A DNA stretch of 64,000 bases from Tubulanus polymorphus (Eukaryota > Animalia > Nemertea). Location: positions 5,740,914 through 5,804,913 of the forward strand of contig NC_134034.1 of NCBI RefSeq assembly GCF_964204645.1, read 5' to 3'. The notes under the pieces were generated by a model that was given only the letters and a program-made list of their open reading frames with translations, was not told the DNA's origin and made no database searches. Positions within the stretch are counted from its first letter, which is position 1; every line of letters starts with the position of its first letter. Position numbers and translations under genes: made by a program. Of the stretch, positions 1 through 13,491 are shown one piece after another.

Positions 1-2760
1 CAAATAACGCTTTAACGTGAAATTGCTTTTTGCAACATCGACACTATTCGACTAAAACTTCGGACAAGAACGAAAAAAGCCAGATCATGATAACAGGCCT
101 AGTTGCAGCACGTTACTCCATTGAACGCTAAGACTAAATGGTTGGTCGATCCTGAGTAAAGGTAAGCTTACTCTGTGGACCATCCCTCGAACAAAAACCG
201 ACCAATAAATCGCATATAAATAATTGAAAGTTTACTGAAGGTTTCGTTACCCTGCTAATCTGATCAATTTCTGGACACACATGCATCAGACCATTTGTCG
301 CTTGATATCAAAACCCTACACTTCCACGTATGATATTTGACTTTAAATCAACTAGTATTCGATTATCTCCCAAACATTATTTGGGACATATGCTTACCAC
401 GGGAATGAATAGTCACTTAAAATATAACGGCATATTCTCTATGGGTGCCTGTTATCATGTTAAGGTAATTATGGAATTGTTTTTATCAAATGGTTAATAC
501 GAACCATTCGGTTAGAACGATGATTTTTCATTTTCCCACGGACATGTACTAACGAGATTCGACTGTATGAAATATCTCAATGCTTAAAGACAGTGGCGCA
601 AAACGTTACATATACGTAATTATTACAACTCTGAGAAACAATGGCCTCGATAAACTAGGATATCAAACACGAATAACTATCAACTGCAAAAAATAAAGTA
701 GCACCATAAATATCATTCGTTGAAATATAGCTCAAGGTATATTATGTTACGGAAATAAGATTTAAAAAATCAATTCTTTCTAATCGTAACTGAGTATAAA
801 AGGTTACAATTCCCATTGAAAAAAATTTTGATCGAAATAATTAGTAAACTCTCGGTCACAGGATGGACTTTGGGTCAAAATCTGATAACAGAAATAACTT
901 CTCTATCATTTAAACCATCATGATGATGGTGATGATAAATATAATTCTAATAATGATATAATAAAACCAACAGCTTCTTTTTGTACGTATAAATAGACAT
1001 GTCGATAAAACTATGATACTATAACAACAAATCATGGGTGAGCTCCACACAATATCAATTATCTGATTATCATTATATCATAATCGAAATCTCAGGAAAA
1101 CCTATCAATGGACAAGCCTAATAAAGCCATATGTACCTAAACTTATATGCAGGCTTTAGCCAGAGAAATCTTAAAAAGAGAACTCACAAGGTAGCTACAG
1201 TTTGATTATATTAGGCAATTTATATTTGTCTACGCACAGGAGGCAATCGACGTCCTTGCGATGCTGCAACGTCGCTGTTGTCTTAGCAACCTATGCACGC
1301 TGCTCTACGGCCGTTTCGGCGATCAATACATTGGTGATGTCATCGTGCTACGTACCGTGTACAAACGCAGCGTATAAAAAATTAGATTTATAACTAGTGC
1401 TTCATTCTTTGATTGTACGGGGAACATCAATCCAACTGAAAATAAGCGTATTTAGAACCTAACTTTAAATTATTCTTCTAGAGCTTTGACACACCGATGT
1501 ACGTATGTTAACGCGATCTGACAAATGGGTGAATCCATAATATAATGTATATATCCAGAGAAAGTGAAATGACGTCATTCATGATAAGGGCGACTTGAGT
1601 TTTTACCCTACAAACCACCCGAGCGATTAGATTCACCGTTTCGAGTTTTAAACAATTAGCCATGCGATTAACTCTAAAGTGAAGAATAAATACATATACC
1701 TTTTTGATATTACGTATAGTTAGTACATGAATCAGTACATTCTTTTTACAATCGTCCCTGCTTGCTGGCCTTTAATTCCGCACGGCACGAGGGAGAGATT
1801 TAATTGACACGGTGTACACGCATTTTACGATATAACTATGATCGCAAATATGAGATACATAATTGATAATACAGGACAACAGTAGAAAATACGTAGATCA
1901 GTTGAATGTAAGTATAGCTGCTGCGCTTTTCGGGTGCATGTCCACTGAACAGACAGTTGAGTAAAAGCTAATTTCGAATGTGTTCGAATAGGTCTGATCT
2001 CAGGTTTTCTTATTTGAATACATACATGAACGTATCATTTTGATGATTAAGTAAGATTTAGCGGGGCAGCGAGTGCCCTTTAATTCAGGCTTGATATTTA
2101 TCATAGATCTATTCATTGATATTCACACACTCCCGCATGCACACATTTGATAAAAATCACTCTTGTCACTGGCCGATTCGCCTTGATCCGTAAAAGACAT
2201 TTTATCACCACAATAGCGGCTATTTACATTAGCACTTTTTTCTTTCTATGAAACGGCAAGTTTTATCGTTATCACTATAAATCACGCGTAATGGGTCCCC
2301 GCAATATATCTCAATATCTACGGGTTCAAAACGCAGGCCAACTCAACTGGAAAGAAATTAGAAACCATGCGGCTAGAAGATGACAGGTTAATATCGCTGG
2401 ATTTCCAGTTTGTTGTCTATATTCGATGCATTCAATTTCATGTGACCCTTTAGTTTAAGAACACCTGATTTTCTAACATCGATTGACTAGATATACACTA
2501 TAAATCGCTATATCATCTCACACACGCGCGTCGCAGGTCATTCGCTTATATGTACTAAGTCCCGCATTTGCATTCTTCACAGTTCGGCAGGTGCGAGCGG
2601 TACGTTTTTCAACGCTGATTTCGACGGCGAAAGGTGTTTACGAACACGTGATATATAAATGATATAACATCGCTCATGCATTGCATCAGATCTATATCTA
2701 GAAACTATAACATAAAATAAATATCCTAATCATACAGAGAATATGTAATTCCTCCGGTTT

Positions 2761-4029
2761 TCATTGACAAGATGAGTAAGCCTTTAGTTCTGTGAAAACG
2801 TCCGTGAAAAAACTAGGGTCACTGTTTATACGAAGCATGTTCGAGCTTTGGTCGTTGATGATGCGTAAGCAACGATCCCAGAACAAGTCGCGGTTTTCCT
2901 CAACGAGAAACGGTTTTAGGGGGTAGCTGATTTCGTTGCCCATGTACGAATAAGACAAATACAAGCATGTGAGAACGTATGCCTGCAAATCGTGCTCGGT
3001 GGTCACCTCGGTTTGTGTGACTCTCCGCACCAGCATGTACACAAACACCACATTAGCTGGGTTAACGAAAGCAATGTCTTGCCAGCCTTGCAACAGGAGG
3101 GACCTATCAACGGTACGCAGCCACATTACCGAATCTCCTGGCTCAAAATGATTCAGTTTGTAACACTTACGATACAAGTACTCGCCGAGACACTTCAGTA
3201 GCTCACTAGTAGAGGCTTGAATGACGGTCTTTTTCGGACTGACAATCGACTTAAGCGAGCCACCAGACGTCGTTGTTTTCACATTGTTGTTTTTGAAGTC
3301 GGCCCTTGTAGGTGGCTCTTCGCCGGTTTTCAGGTTGTAACAAGAAAAGGATTTCGGCACAAGAACCTGCTGGTTCACGCAATGACGATTATTGTTCTCC
3401 GAGTCAGAATTCAAATTGTTGTCGATACGCCCGGGTAGGCGGCCGCTTGTCAACTTGATGAAGTTCTTCTCTTTTTTCTTTTTGTTGTCGAGTATCATTT
3501 TTTTCCAACTCAGACCGCTGATGAATGTCGAATGACGGAAATTTTTAGTGTCTTTCGTTGTTGAGTTTGAGTTTATATTGTTATTTGTTCCTCCGACACC
3601 CCCACCTGAATTCTTTACATTGTTCAATATTTCGTAGTTAAAATTGTTCAGATTTATATCTTCATATAACGGTCTCCTCGGCCGAGGAGTCAGAGACAGA
3701 ACAGTTCCCATATCTTTTATATCAGTACTACTCACGTCTGGTAGACTACAACCTGTATCCAAGATGGACGCTGGGAAGATGGTGGCTACAGTGGGTTTTC
3801 GCGGGTGATGTTGTTTTTCTCTTCGTTCCAGAAACGGCAACCTGAAGCCCCTCCGATCAAACAGCGCCGATCCTCGCTCCCAGAAAGTCAGGATACCTTT
3901 AATGTGCGCATAAAATCCTTGGGACACTTTCGATTTGTCCACGGCGCCTGCGTCCTGGTGATTTTGTTGCGAATTCGCACTTCTATCCATACATATAGAA
4001 TGGCAGGTATATCTTTGCGGAGCATGCAT
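2761..4029 (-). CDS. CDK5R1: Cyclin-dependent kinase 5 activator (p35/p39 family), single exon; canonical MGTVLS start at 3711, open frame extends 106 codons upstream to ATG 4029
   Basis: ORF contains the MGTVLSL N-terminal motif of p35 and the conserved p25 region ([17 protein letters not shown]...[28 protein letters not shown]...[25 protein letters not shown]....FWDRCL). It has no introns. Confidence 0.96.
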   Translation of the reverse strand: MHAPQRYTCHSICMDRSANSQQNHQDAGAVDKSKVSQGFYAHIKGILTFWERGSALFDRRGFRLPFLERREKQHHPRKPTVATIFPASILDTGCSLPDVSSTDIKDMGTVLSLTPRPRRPLYEDINLNNFNYEILNNVKNSGGGVGGTNNNINSNSTTKDTKNFRHSTFISGLSWKKMILDNKKKKEKNFIKLTSGRLPGRIDNNLNSDSENNNRHCVNQQVLVPKSFSCYNLKTGEEPPTRADFKNNNVKTTTSGGSLKSIVSPKKTVIQASTSELLKCLGEYLYRKCYKLNHFEPGDSVMWLRTVDRSLLLQGWQDIAFVNPANVVFVYMLVRRVTQTEVTTEHDLQAYVLTCLYLSYSYMGNEISYPLKPFLVEENRDLFWDRCLRIINDQSSNMLRINSDPSFFTDVFTELKAYSSCQ

Positions 4030-4390
4030 AGATTATGCCAATCGTCGCCTAACTGGGAATCGATGCACAATTCCTAAGCTTGGCCCTGGTAGACAACTGG
4101 TTGTCATGGAGATCCGATGATGAATTCGCCAATGGCAGTACGCGGAGATGATGTCATTTCAGCCTTACTGTCTACGCAGGCAAATGATGTATGATAAATA
4201 ATTTGAGAGTAAACATGAAAGCAACGCAATCCACAATCCTGTGGTTGCAGTGACGGGACCCGATAACTCCGGGTATGATGAGACAATATTTTCAGCATTC
4301 TGAAAACCGGTTCGCTAATGACTCTTCGACATTACTTCTCTCGTGTCGCATTTTCTTAAAGCTTATTCAATAGGAAAGAATTAAGATTCG

Positions 4391-4586
4391 GTTTGACACA
4401 CTAGGCAATTTTCATCGGTGGATTTATTCAGCGAATCGATTATCGCCAAATTTTGCCAAATGTTCCGAGGGACACAAATGATGCGAATTTTTTAGTCAGC
4501 GAATGGATTCGCACAAATCCAGAACGTTTGATATCATCGCTGGATTTTAGTCACCGATATTGCTAAATTCGCCTAGTGTGTCACCA
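4391..4586. mobile_element. Small degenerate MITE upstream of the p35 ORF
   Basis: TGACACACTAGGC ... GCCTAGTGTGTCA inverted termini with further imperfect pairing. Confidence 0.6.
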
Positions 4587-5373
4587 ATTCTGAATTCAGT
4601 CGCAGGTGAATTATATACATGACAGCATCCGACTCCTAGGCACAATAATTCATTTTGTCATTTTCATTTTTTCCAGCCATGTATCATACCAACTACGTGT
4701 TTATAAAGGACCCGAAAAAGTCTGCCTCAATCAACGGAAAAGTCCGAATTTTTTTGTCGGTTTATCGAGCCAACATTGAAGAAATCACCGAAATTTAGTC
4801 GCTTAGAGTCCCCTCCACCGTTCAGCGAAAATGAGTCATGATTAAAGACTCGTCGTGCAAGCGTCTGGTCAATTCAATTCGCCGACAAATTCCTCACCCA
4901 ATTCAAGTACATACGTATCATCAACATTGGACAATAATGTTGCCTCACCTTATCGACTGGTCATGAAATAAGGGTTTGACTGTTTAGTTTCACTCGTCAG
5001 ATTTGTAACAATTATCAGTTGCGCTATACATTCAAACAGTATAAAGTGGTTTTTAATAGCCGCTATATTGATTTAGTAATTTCTAGCGATCGCGAAAGGT
5101 GATTGATATCATCATACGTTTTGAACAGTTAATGGTAAAGTTAGGCAGTCTAACATGTCACAGTTTGACATTTCTCACATAGGCTCTACTCATATCCACT
5201 ATCAATTAAACATTTAGTCACGAAGCAGAGTCAGGTACGCCGAATAAGTTTGAGACCGACAAGAGGCGACACAGCGAGTGCTGAATAGGCGGAAAGCGGC
5301 AATAATGCCAGATTTAAACATGCCAGGGGTGTAAAATGTCAGAGCTAAAAATGCCAGAGAAAAGACGATGCCA

Positions 5374-5640
5374 TTTGAATTTTGAATTTTGAATTTGAAT
5401 TTATTTGCAAAATAAATTGTTACAAAAAATATCGACACAATATACATTATATTCAGAGTAACAATATATAGTGCGAGGAGTAAGGAAAAGTCAAAATTTG
5501 ACTTATACGAGTCCTTACCCCTCGGTCAACAATCACACTCACATGCACTCATCACTTACACATACACGCACATTCGTTACAAGAATCACCATAAATATGC
5601 ACTGTATCCACATATTAAAAATTAAAACAGCAAATTTTAG
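5374..5640 (-). mobile_element. 3' end of a LINE (CR1/L2-like)
   Basis: Minus strand shows the stem-loop GGGGTAAGGA..TAAGTCAAATTTTGACTT.TCCTTACTCC, then AATAAA and a TTCAAA-repeat tail. Confidence 0.5.
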
Positions 5641-6277
5641 TTTTAACTTTCATCAAAACTTCTGATTAGATTTATCATAACAATTAACTAGTGTGTCAAA
5701 TCTTCATGAACTTTTGTTGATTTGATATTATGAATTATAACAGGATATTCTTTGATCTAGAATTGTGTTATATTTAAACTGTGCATTCATTCCAATAGTC
5801 TAGAAATATGTTGTAACTATCATCTAGACTATCATGTAAAATGTTAACATATCGTCATGTTTTAAATGCCTACGTATGTCTGTCTTTTTAAATAAATTAA
5901 TGATTTACTTTTTGATAACAATTATCAAGACATAGTTTCATCTAAACTGTGCATCCAATATACACATGTATATATGAAGCGAAAATAAGAATATCATGTC
6001 CAATGTTAATAAATTCACATGTTTCTAATCATCTGCAGATTTCCTTCGGTCATTTTTACCTTGGGCAATTTTACCTGTAGTATGATTTCCCTCTGGTATT
6101 TTTACCACTGCGGGCATTATTACCTAGATTCGTTTAGGGCTGATTTGCAAGTCGTGAGAGCTTGGACATAGATAAATGAATATCCGTCGCATATAGATAA
6201 AAATAAAAAGGCTGCATCGTGTAGGACAGCAATCCTGACTACAACTACGACTAAATTTAACATCGCCATAGGCCTAT

Positions 6278-6564
6278 CATCATCCTCCCCGGCAGGGATT
6301 CGAACCTGATGGCATCGTCACAGTACGAAACCCTGCCACACTTGACTGGGCGAGAAAACTTACGGCACCAATCATTGCTCGTTGTATAATCGCTGAGGCA
6401 AATTTCGCGGATTAAGTAATAAATGGAAGAGATGGGCTAAAATAAAACGAGATATCCAATTGGCTAATGACATCATCTAGCACTCGTGCAAATGTGACAG
6501 GTTTCGCCCCTTGGCTGAATCTAGCGATGCCATCAGGTTCGAATGCCCGCCGGGGAGGATGATG
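6278..6564. mobile_element. MITE with ~40-bp TIRs; second copy at 31779-32086
   Basis: CATCATCCTCCCCGGCAGGGATTCGAACCTGATGGCATCG ... CGATGCCATCAGGTTCGAATGCCCGCCGGGGAGGATGATG; internal sequence shared with the 31779 copy. Confidence 0.8.
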
Positions 6565-8942
6565 TATCAGCAACTATACCCGACTATAGGGATGAGATCT
6601 GGCCAGTTGCTTCCCGGCTCATGTTGGCTACGATCTGGCAACTAAACCGAATGCAGTAAGGTTTAATGGCACGCGCAGCGTTGAAATTTTCGAGCCGCGA
6701 AGTCATGCGCCGAAATGTCAGTAGATACGTACACGTAAATGACGTCATCTTGAAACACCCGAAAACAAAAATGTTTAATTCAATTTCTTTTATCATGGCA
6801 TTGGCTTTTGGATGCGTTTTGAATCAAAATATGTGTCTAGCCAAAAATAAAACCGCAAGAAACAACTGTATGACGTTTTTTACATTGTACAATAGGACAA
6901 GTTTATTTCAATGAAAAGACGATAGCTGGATACACATTTTTCAGACATAATTCCTACAGAAATGATACACGAGTATGAGTATACAAAGTGACGAAGAAGA
7001 CACACGACATGCGAGTTAAGATTCGTCATACCTAATTATGGCTTCATCTTGATCACAAGACGATTAATACCATTGATTTACTAAACATATCGTTAACAAT
7101 AATTCAGAGATAAATCAAATCACGAACTAAATCAAATCACGAACTAAGGCTTTGGTCCTATACATAGTCCAACACTTCATACAAAGCGGAATACATTCAA
7201 ATAATCCATAGGAAGGCTTTACGTAGAAATAATGTACTGGTGAGACCTATTGTTCACTCCTCGGGAATTGGTCAGGCCACAAAATGGTTAGGTGGCTAGT
7301 TTCTGATATAGACACATGACTAAAATCTTATTTCAAAATTTGGACCGGTCAGTGAAAAAAAATCCCATCGTTTCCGATTCATTTATATGTTATTACAAGA
7401 GAGTTGCGAAGGTTTTTTTGCTTGGTGGATTATGGAACCCGATTTAATTGAAAAATTCTCCTAAAAGAGCTTATCGAGTAACATCATACGACGAGTAACA
7501 CATCATGACCTCTACGAGGCGTTATCAACTGTTTTCTTTTTTAATAAATTATGTTATCTTATCTTTTATTACGAGAACCAATTAATCAATCTCTACCGAA
7601 CTTTGCACGATTATGTACCGATAGTTGGTGGGGCATTTTCATTGCATCCCAGTATTACTAAACCCAGTCTTTTACATTCCATTTTATAAACTGCTTTCCC
7701 AAGAACAAATTGGTGATACTTTACATAAAGCAATTGATACACAGGCCAAAACCATTGCCCATTGCCCATAACACATATCATAATAACTGACATAATAATA
7801 AAAGGTGTCTATTATTCCCAGGAACATTCACAAACTCGGTATAGTACTAGAACTGGGGACTGGATAAAAGGTTATCAGAAACAGGATATGATTTGGGTAA
7901 TTAGCGATAATCAAAGTGAAGTAAAATAATTGGCACCCAGCAACATAAAAGAGCAGATTCTGAGGGCATTTTGAATAGAACATAATAAAAAACGCTTTTA
8001 AAATTACATGTACCTAGTTGACCAGCCACATTTTCTGATTTAATGTACACATATTGATACATGTACATAAATGTTGATTGACTAAGAACACGCATCCATT
8101 AATGGATGCAGTCTGGACTGGCAAATGGTTGATAAACTAAAGGTGGATGGAATAACTTGATGGGGTACTACATTCCCAGGTGTTTAAAACCATAATTGGA
8201 AAAATAACATCACATTAATAATACACAATCAGTAATTACAAACTAATAATCAGCAATCATACATTAATAATTCCATTATAGACATCAGCACTATTGATAC
8301 CAAATACCCATTCAGATATTTGCTTTGCATTTTAACTACTTCAATCACACAATGGATTAAGAATGGACATGCAGTTTTATCAAGACTGGATGTTTTCAAA
8401 ACCCAGCTTCCGTTCAGAGTACCTCTATGGGAGGTCCGTAGCTTATAATATATCTTAAATGTATGTGACAGCCATTCATATATTATATATACTTAAATCT
8501 GCAGTGGCTTGGAATGGTTTATTAGCACATGTGCTAAACAATTCAATAGCATACATATTACTTAAGACTTAGCAGCATTACTTAAAAAGAGTTTTGTTTT
8601 CATAATTTCATATTTGGAATAAAAATATCACATCCTTTGAAATGAATTTAGAATTCAATGGAACCCAAGCATTAGAATAAATGAATATTGCACAAACTGT
8701 GATGTTTGTCACAGGTGATGAAAATGATGGACAAGAATTGCCCATACAATATTTGCCACTAGATTGAATTCTAAAATATATCAACTCATCATATCTTCAA
8801 CCATTCTAGATGCCAAAGCTTTAGCAAGATTAAGTAAAAACTGATCATCCCCTTGAACCCATAGGGGTGGGTCGCATCATCTGGTGCATGATTAATAACA
8901 ATATAAGTTAATACGGAATTATACGTCATTGTGTATATATGA

Positions 8943-9240
8943 GGGACCATCCACTCAGTACGTACGCAATAATCTGCCGATTCTTTATATCCCTTGTACG
9001 CATCATCGTCAAAGTCGCAGTCTTACAAAATGCTGAAGAATGCGATAGAGAACATAAAATCCTTAAATCTCACTTAATTTTTCACTTGAATGTAGAATGA
9101 ACGATCAATAGAATGCAAAATGGTTATCAGGTGCGTACCGTACGCAGAGCCATGCACCCCCTCCCTCTGCTGTACACATTTGTATGCATTTTCACAGATC
9201 CCCTCACCCCATCGTGTGTATGTACTGAATGGATGGTCAC
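8943..9240. mobile_element. PIF/Harbinger-like MITE, 3-bp TSD TGA
   Basis: TGA|GGGACCATCCACTCAGTACGTAC ... GTATGTACTGAATGGATGGTCAC|TGA. Confidence 0.7.
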
Positions 9241-12046
9241 TGAATGATATGCTCTGAGGTTTTGGATAGTGATAGTATTTCAATCACATAGTGATAGTAT
9301 TTCAATCACACATACAGTATAAAGAACGATAGTTGACAAAGATTTCAAACAGAATATCACACATCATCAATTTATAAATAAAACAACTACATTCCCATAT
9401 TTGGGGACAGCTAAGAATTTTCTAACATTGATATCAATAAAATCTAAGACGAAGAATACAAACTTTGTTTCGCAAAAAAAAAATCCGACACATCGTGAAA
9501 TATAAGGAAATTGATTTTAATTCGAAAAAGGATTTTAGAAATGATATTTTACAACGCTATCAAGTACCAGTAAATGTCCATTTCTCAGATTAAAATGATC
9601 ATTTCAAATTCATAAAAACTTTGGACGGACGAATAGAAAATGTTCTTTTTTCAAGAAAATGACAGCCAAATGCAACAGTACCGGTAGGTCTTACTGTAAT
9701 TGGGACGGTAAAGATATGCATGTGTTTGATATGTAGTAATGCATTGAAAATACCTTATTCATATAAAATTTACCAAGTGTAAAAATATGGACGATAATGG
9801 CCAATAGAACAATGGCTTACATATTTCCCTCATAAAAGTACCTCGAATAAAAAGCAAAGAATATGCAATTTTAATTTCTACGCATTAAAACTTAACACAG
9901 AGCGAAAACAATGACTAATAGAATATACATTTAGTATTGTGTGAAAAACCCTCCTGACTCATAGAAAGTTTACGGAAAATAGTACTTCGCTTTTAACATA
10001 TTTGCATTATTTGGATTTCCCACCCCCCCCCAATGCTTAAAAGTACAGATACATTACATGTTGATTCTGGATGTTTCAGCAGATTAGCTCCATTGAATAA
10101 ACAGGAAAAGCAACATTATATGATACAGTACACTGCCTTAACTGGAATGAGTAAGGACGGCGCTGTAGAAAGCTAGTGGCCAAAAGTTTCACATCTCCAT
10201 GTGCATAGGAATTTATCAAACTAATCATGAACCATTTATTACGATGTTTCAAATATCCATTAATTTACCCATTTAATTAAAAATTGAACATATTATTATA
10301 TAATGCCTTGATTGCAAATACAAAAAGCTAGGGACACCATGCCCACTTGGTGAAATGCTTGAAAATCTCATTATTCAACGCCCTCTGGAGATATAAATAG
10401 ACAAAATTTTATAATAAACTGCCTCTAGTTGGGACTACAAACCACAAGGTCATGCAAGCACACTCAGTTCTTATGAAACGGAAAGACCCGACAGGTTGCT
10501 TGAATACCAATTTGGTGATCATGGCGATAAAAAAACGTTACCCGCAGTTGAGCAAAATGAAGTTTGTCATACACTACTCAATATCAAACCGACAACCTGT
10601 ATCTTGTTCTGATCTAAATTTGTGCAGCAAACTAATCAATCCATGTTTTCATACAAACATTTTGTGATCAAGACGATGGCACGTGCAATATGAATTTGAA
10701 AAAAGACAAATATTTTCAAATGAATCATTAGTCAACCTCGATAAATTGGGTTAATTTGAGCCCAACCGACCAAATTGATAAGTGCTTATTCCATATTAGT
10801 CCTGTTTTTAAAGATCAAGTGTAGCACACAATAGCTTTTGTTTTTAACGTTTCATAAATACATAATAATCCTTCTTGAGAAATATTAGCTGTAATGAGTG
10901 ATGGATTACTGAAATATAAGTGATTGAAAAGTTTTAGTTATCCCCATTTATCTTATATGACCGGCTTTACCGCATATTACATTCATCAGCATGTGATATT
11001 TGTCTCTTAGAGGTGTGGGAAACACTACTGATCATCTTAGTCGTGTTTACCTTGCCGGTTACCTCGCTGTACTGCACCGATTGAAGGTAAACAAGAGCTC
11101 CAAGGGGCACTATGGTCATGCATTCTGTGGGTGAAATTTGTCCAAATACACTCCAAGCTCGATAGTCAATCCCAGGCTAATAATTCACAAAATTCAATCG
11201 TGCATTCATAAGTAGCACAGAAAGCGACTGGAGCTGGCAGGAACAAATACCTCAAATAAATCTTTTCCCTTGGTCTTATTGATGCGGAATAGAATTGAAT
11301 TTTCTGAAATTTGCTCAATAAAACAAAATTGAATTAGATTTGCTGTTTAACCTTATTCAATAAAGTAAAATTGAATTGATTTGATATTTTTTTGCAGGAT
11401 AAAATTTGATTGAATTTGCAGTTTGAGCATATGGCTAATTAGCATATCATGGTCATCCATCCGATTTGAGAAAGAGGTATTTTTCCCGGACTTTGCACAA
11501 TTGATATTTTCTGTAGTGCAAATGAAAATATTCCTCCCATAAAAACCAAATCAATAAAAGATTTCACAGAAATCGATATTGAAATACAATTTTAGATCTT
11601 AAAATAAAACCCGGAAGTAAAACGGTAGATGATACCGCGGGTTCAGGTGAACACCTGCTGATCTCTGCGGCTAAGCCAATCATAGAGGAGTCTTTGCTTT
11701 TTGATTGGCTTTTTAACACAGATATTTATGTGATCAGATTTTCGCGAAAAAGCTCATATAAATTTTAACAGGCCCTTTTTCAAAATTCAGCTTCATAGGG
11801 GTTGGAGAATGGATAATGCTCTAATAATTAATTTGGATGAATATATGCTCAGTTGCACAGTCAAAGAGCATTTACTCTGGAAACCATGTCATTTAAATTC
11901 GCTCCATTTTTATAGTAATAGGCTCATCCTACGGCTGGCATAAAAAATTGTGTCATATCTTGATTATATTTAAATGATTACAATTCTGAAGAAAATAATG
12001 ATAATACCAATGTTTAATCATAAATTTAGTTGACATAGAGTAGTAA

Positions 12047-12712
12047 ATAAATTGCCCCTGGGTGTGGTTTACCTTGAAAGCTAGAGGTTGTTTTTAGCAA
12101 GGGCATGGTTTATGAAAGTCTTTTTAATTCCTGAATTCAAAATTCTATAAGTTTATATTGTATTTTATCTTTCTCATGAATTATTTTGTAGTCAAATAAG
12201 GCCAAAAATATACCTTTGTTTACGGTCCACCTCCAAAATTTCATAGGGTACAGGCAGGTAGGGAAACTATCTTATATTTTGAAAAAATATCCTTTACAAT
12301 ATGAAAAAACATTCAAATAAAATTTATATGTGGCTGAATATTGAAAGTCTTGGAAACCTCTTACAATGTAGGGCCGCGGAAGCTAAAATACCGGTACCGT
12401 AAAAATTGGCGTATGTAAGTAGATCGTTTTAAATCCTGAATTTCACCACTAAAATATTTAGACCTCAACCTATACATAGTTTGCTGCTTAGTATTTTCAG
12501 GTCACAAGAAATTACAATTTATTACAAATTCTATCTAACAGAAAACACAGCCCACACCTTCTGCTATGAAAGTTTAAATTTTCATGTCAAACGTGTACAC
12601 GCCAGCAAGCAGCGTTACACTATCACTATACATATATGGTAGTGTATACTGTGCGAGCATGTGTGTGTGTGCAACAGTCTAATGATTAGCACTCGCGCGC
12701 ACGTGGAGGCCC
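12047..12712. repeat. Interspersed repeat; paralogous copy at ~17517-18240
   Basis: Colinear similarity (AATTGCCC.TGGG...GGTTTACCTTGAAA...GGCCAAAAATATAC...GCTGAATATTGAAAGTCTTGG...TGATTAGCACTCGC). Confidence 0.75.
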
Positions 12713-12715
12713 TAT

Positions 12716-13491
12716 TGCAGCTGTCAATCTGGTGTCTGTACCCACCCCCCTGAGACAATCAACAGGCTATCCCTATCCTTATGAAAACTGATTGTCAAGA
12801 CTTCGCCAAATAAAGCAACAAGGTTCGCCACGATATCAAGCACAAGCCATTCACAGCCTATCACTAGCATCAATATCCAGGAGAGACGTCCCCACAGTTC
12901 GGACTATCATAAAGTTAGAAACGCAACCCTCAGATTATTTAATTTGAACAAATTGGAAAAGTTTACATTACGTTGTGGTACTTGCAGAAGGGACAATAGG
13001 AAACATAAGTTGTCAATTTGGCCAATAAAGATTTAATCATTTGGCCTCATATTGTATTCTGTCCATCTCAATGAAGTTATTTCAAACATAGAAGCACTCT
13101 TTAGCTTTTTTCACTTAGACTGAGATTTATTTTGTTCGCAGTGATAAGATGATGAAAGATATGTAACGTTTCTTGTATTTATAGGATGAAGACCAGGTGG
13201 TAAAATATCTAATTTGATACAATTGCAAACTTCACACTCATTTGCGTAACTGTATATTTTTCAGAAATCCATAGTACTTGACAGATCCTCATTTCAATGG
13301 CAATATATAGACAGACATTCCCCATTCTGCCCTAGGTCATAATGCTAGACATTCGACATCCAAATGACGCGTCCTTACGCATGTTATCGACAGGCTTTCG
13401 CCATCCTTACAAAAACTGATCGTCAAGGCATCGACAATGTTGACTTCTCTCGTGTGAGGGGGTGGGTACAGACAGCAGATTGACAGCTGCA
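12716..13491. mobile_element. MITE with ~35-bp TIRs
   Basis: TGCAGCTGTCAATCTGGTGTCTGTACCCACCCCC ... GGGGGTGGGTACAGACAGCAGATTGACAGCTGCA. Confidence 0.8.

Noticed and set aside
9266-9309. 22-bp tandem duplication (also 17-bp duplication at ~7111-7148)
   Set aside because: These are ordinary local slippage events with no further structure.
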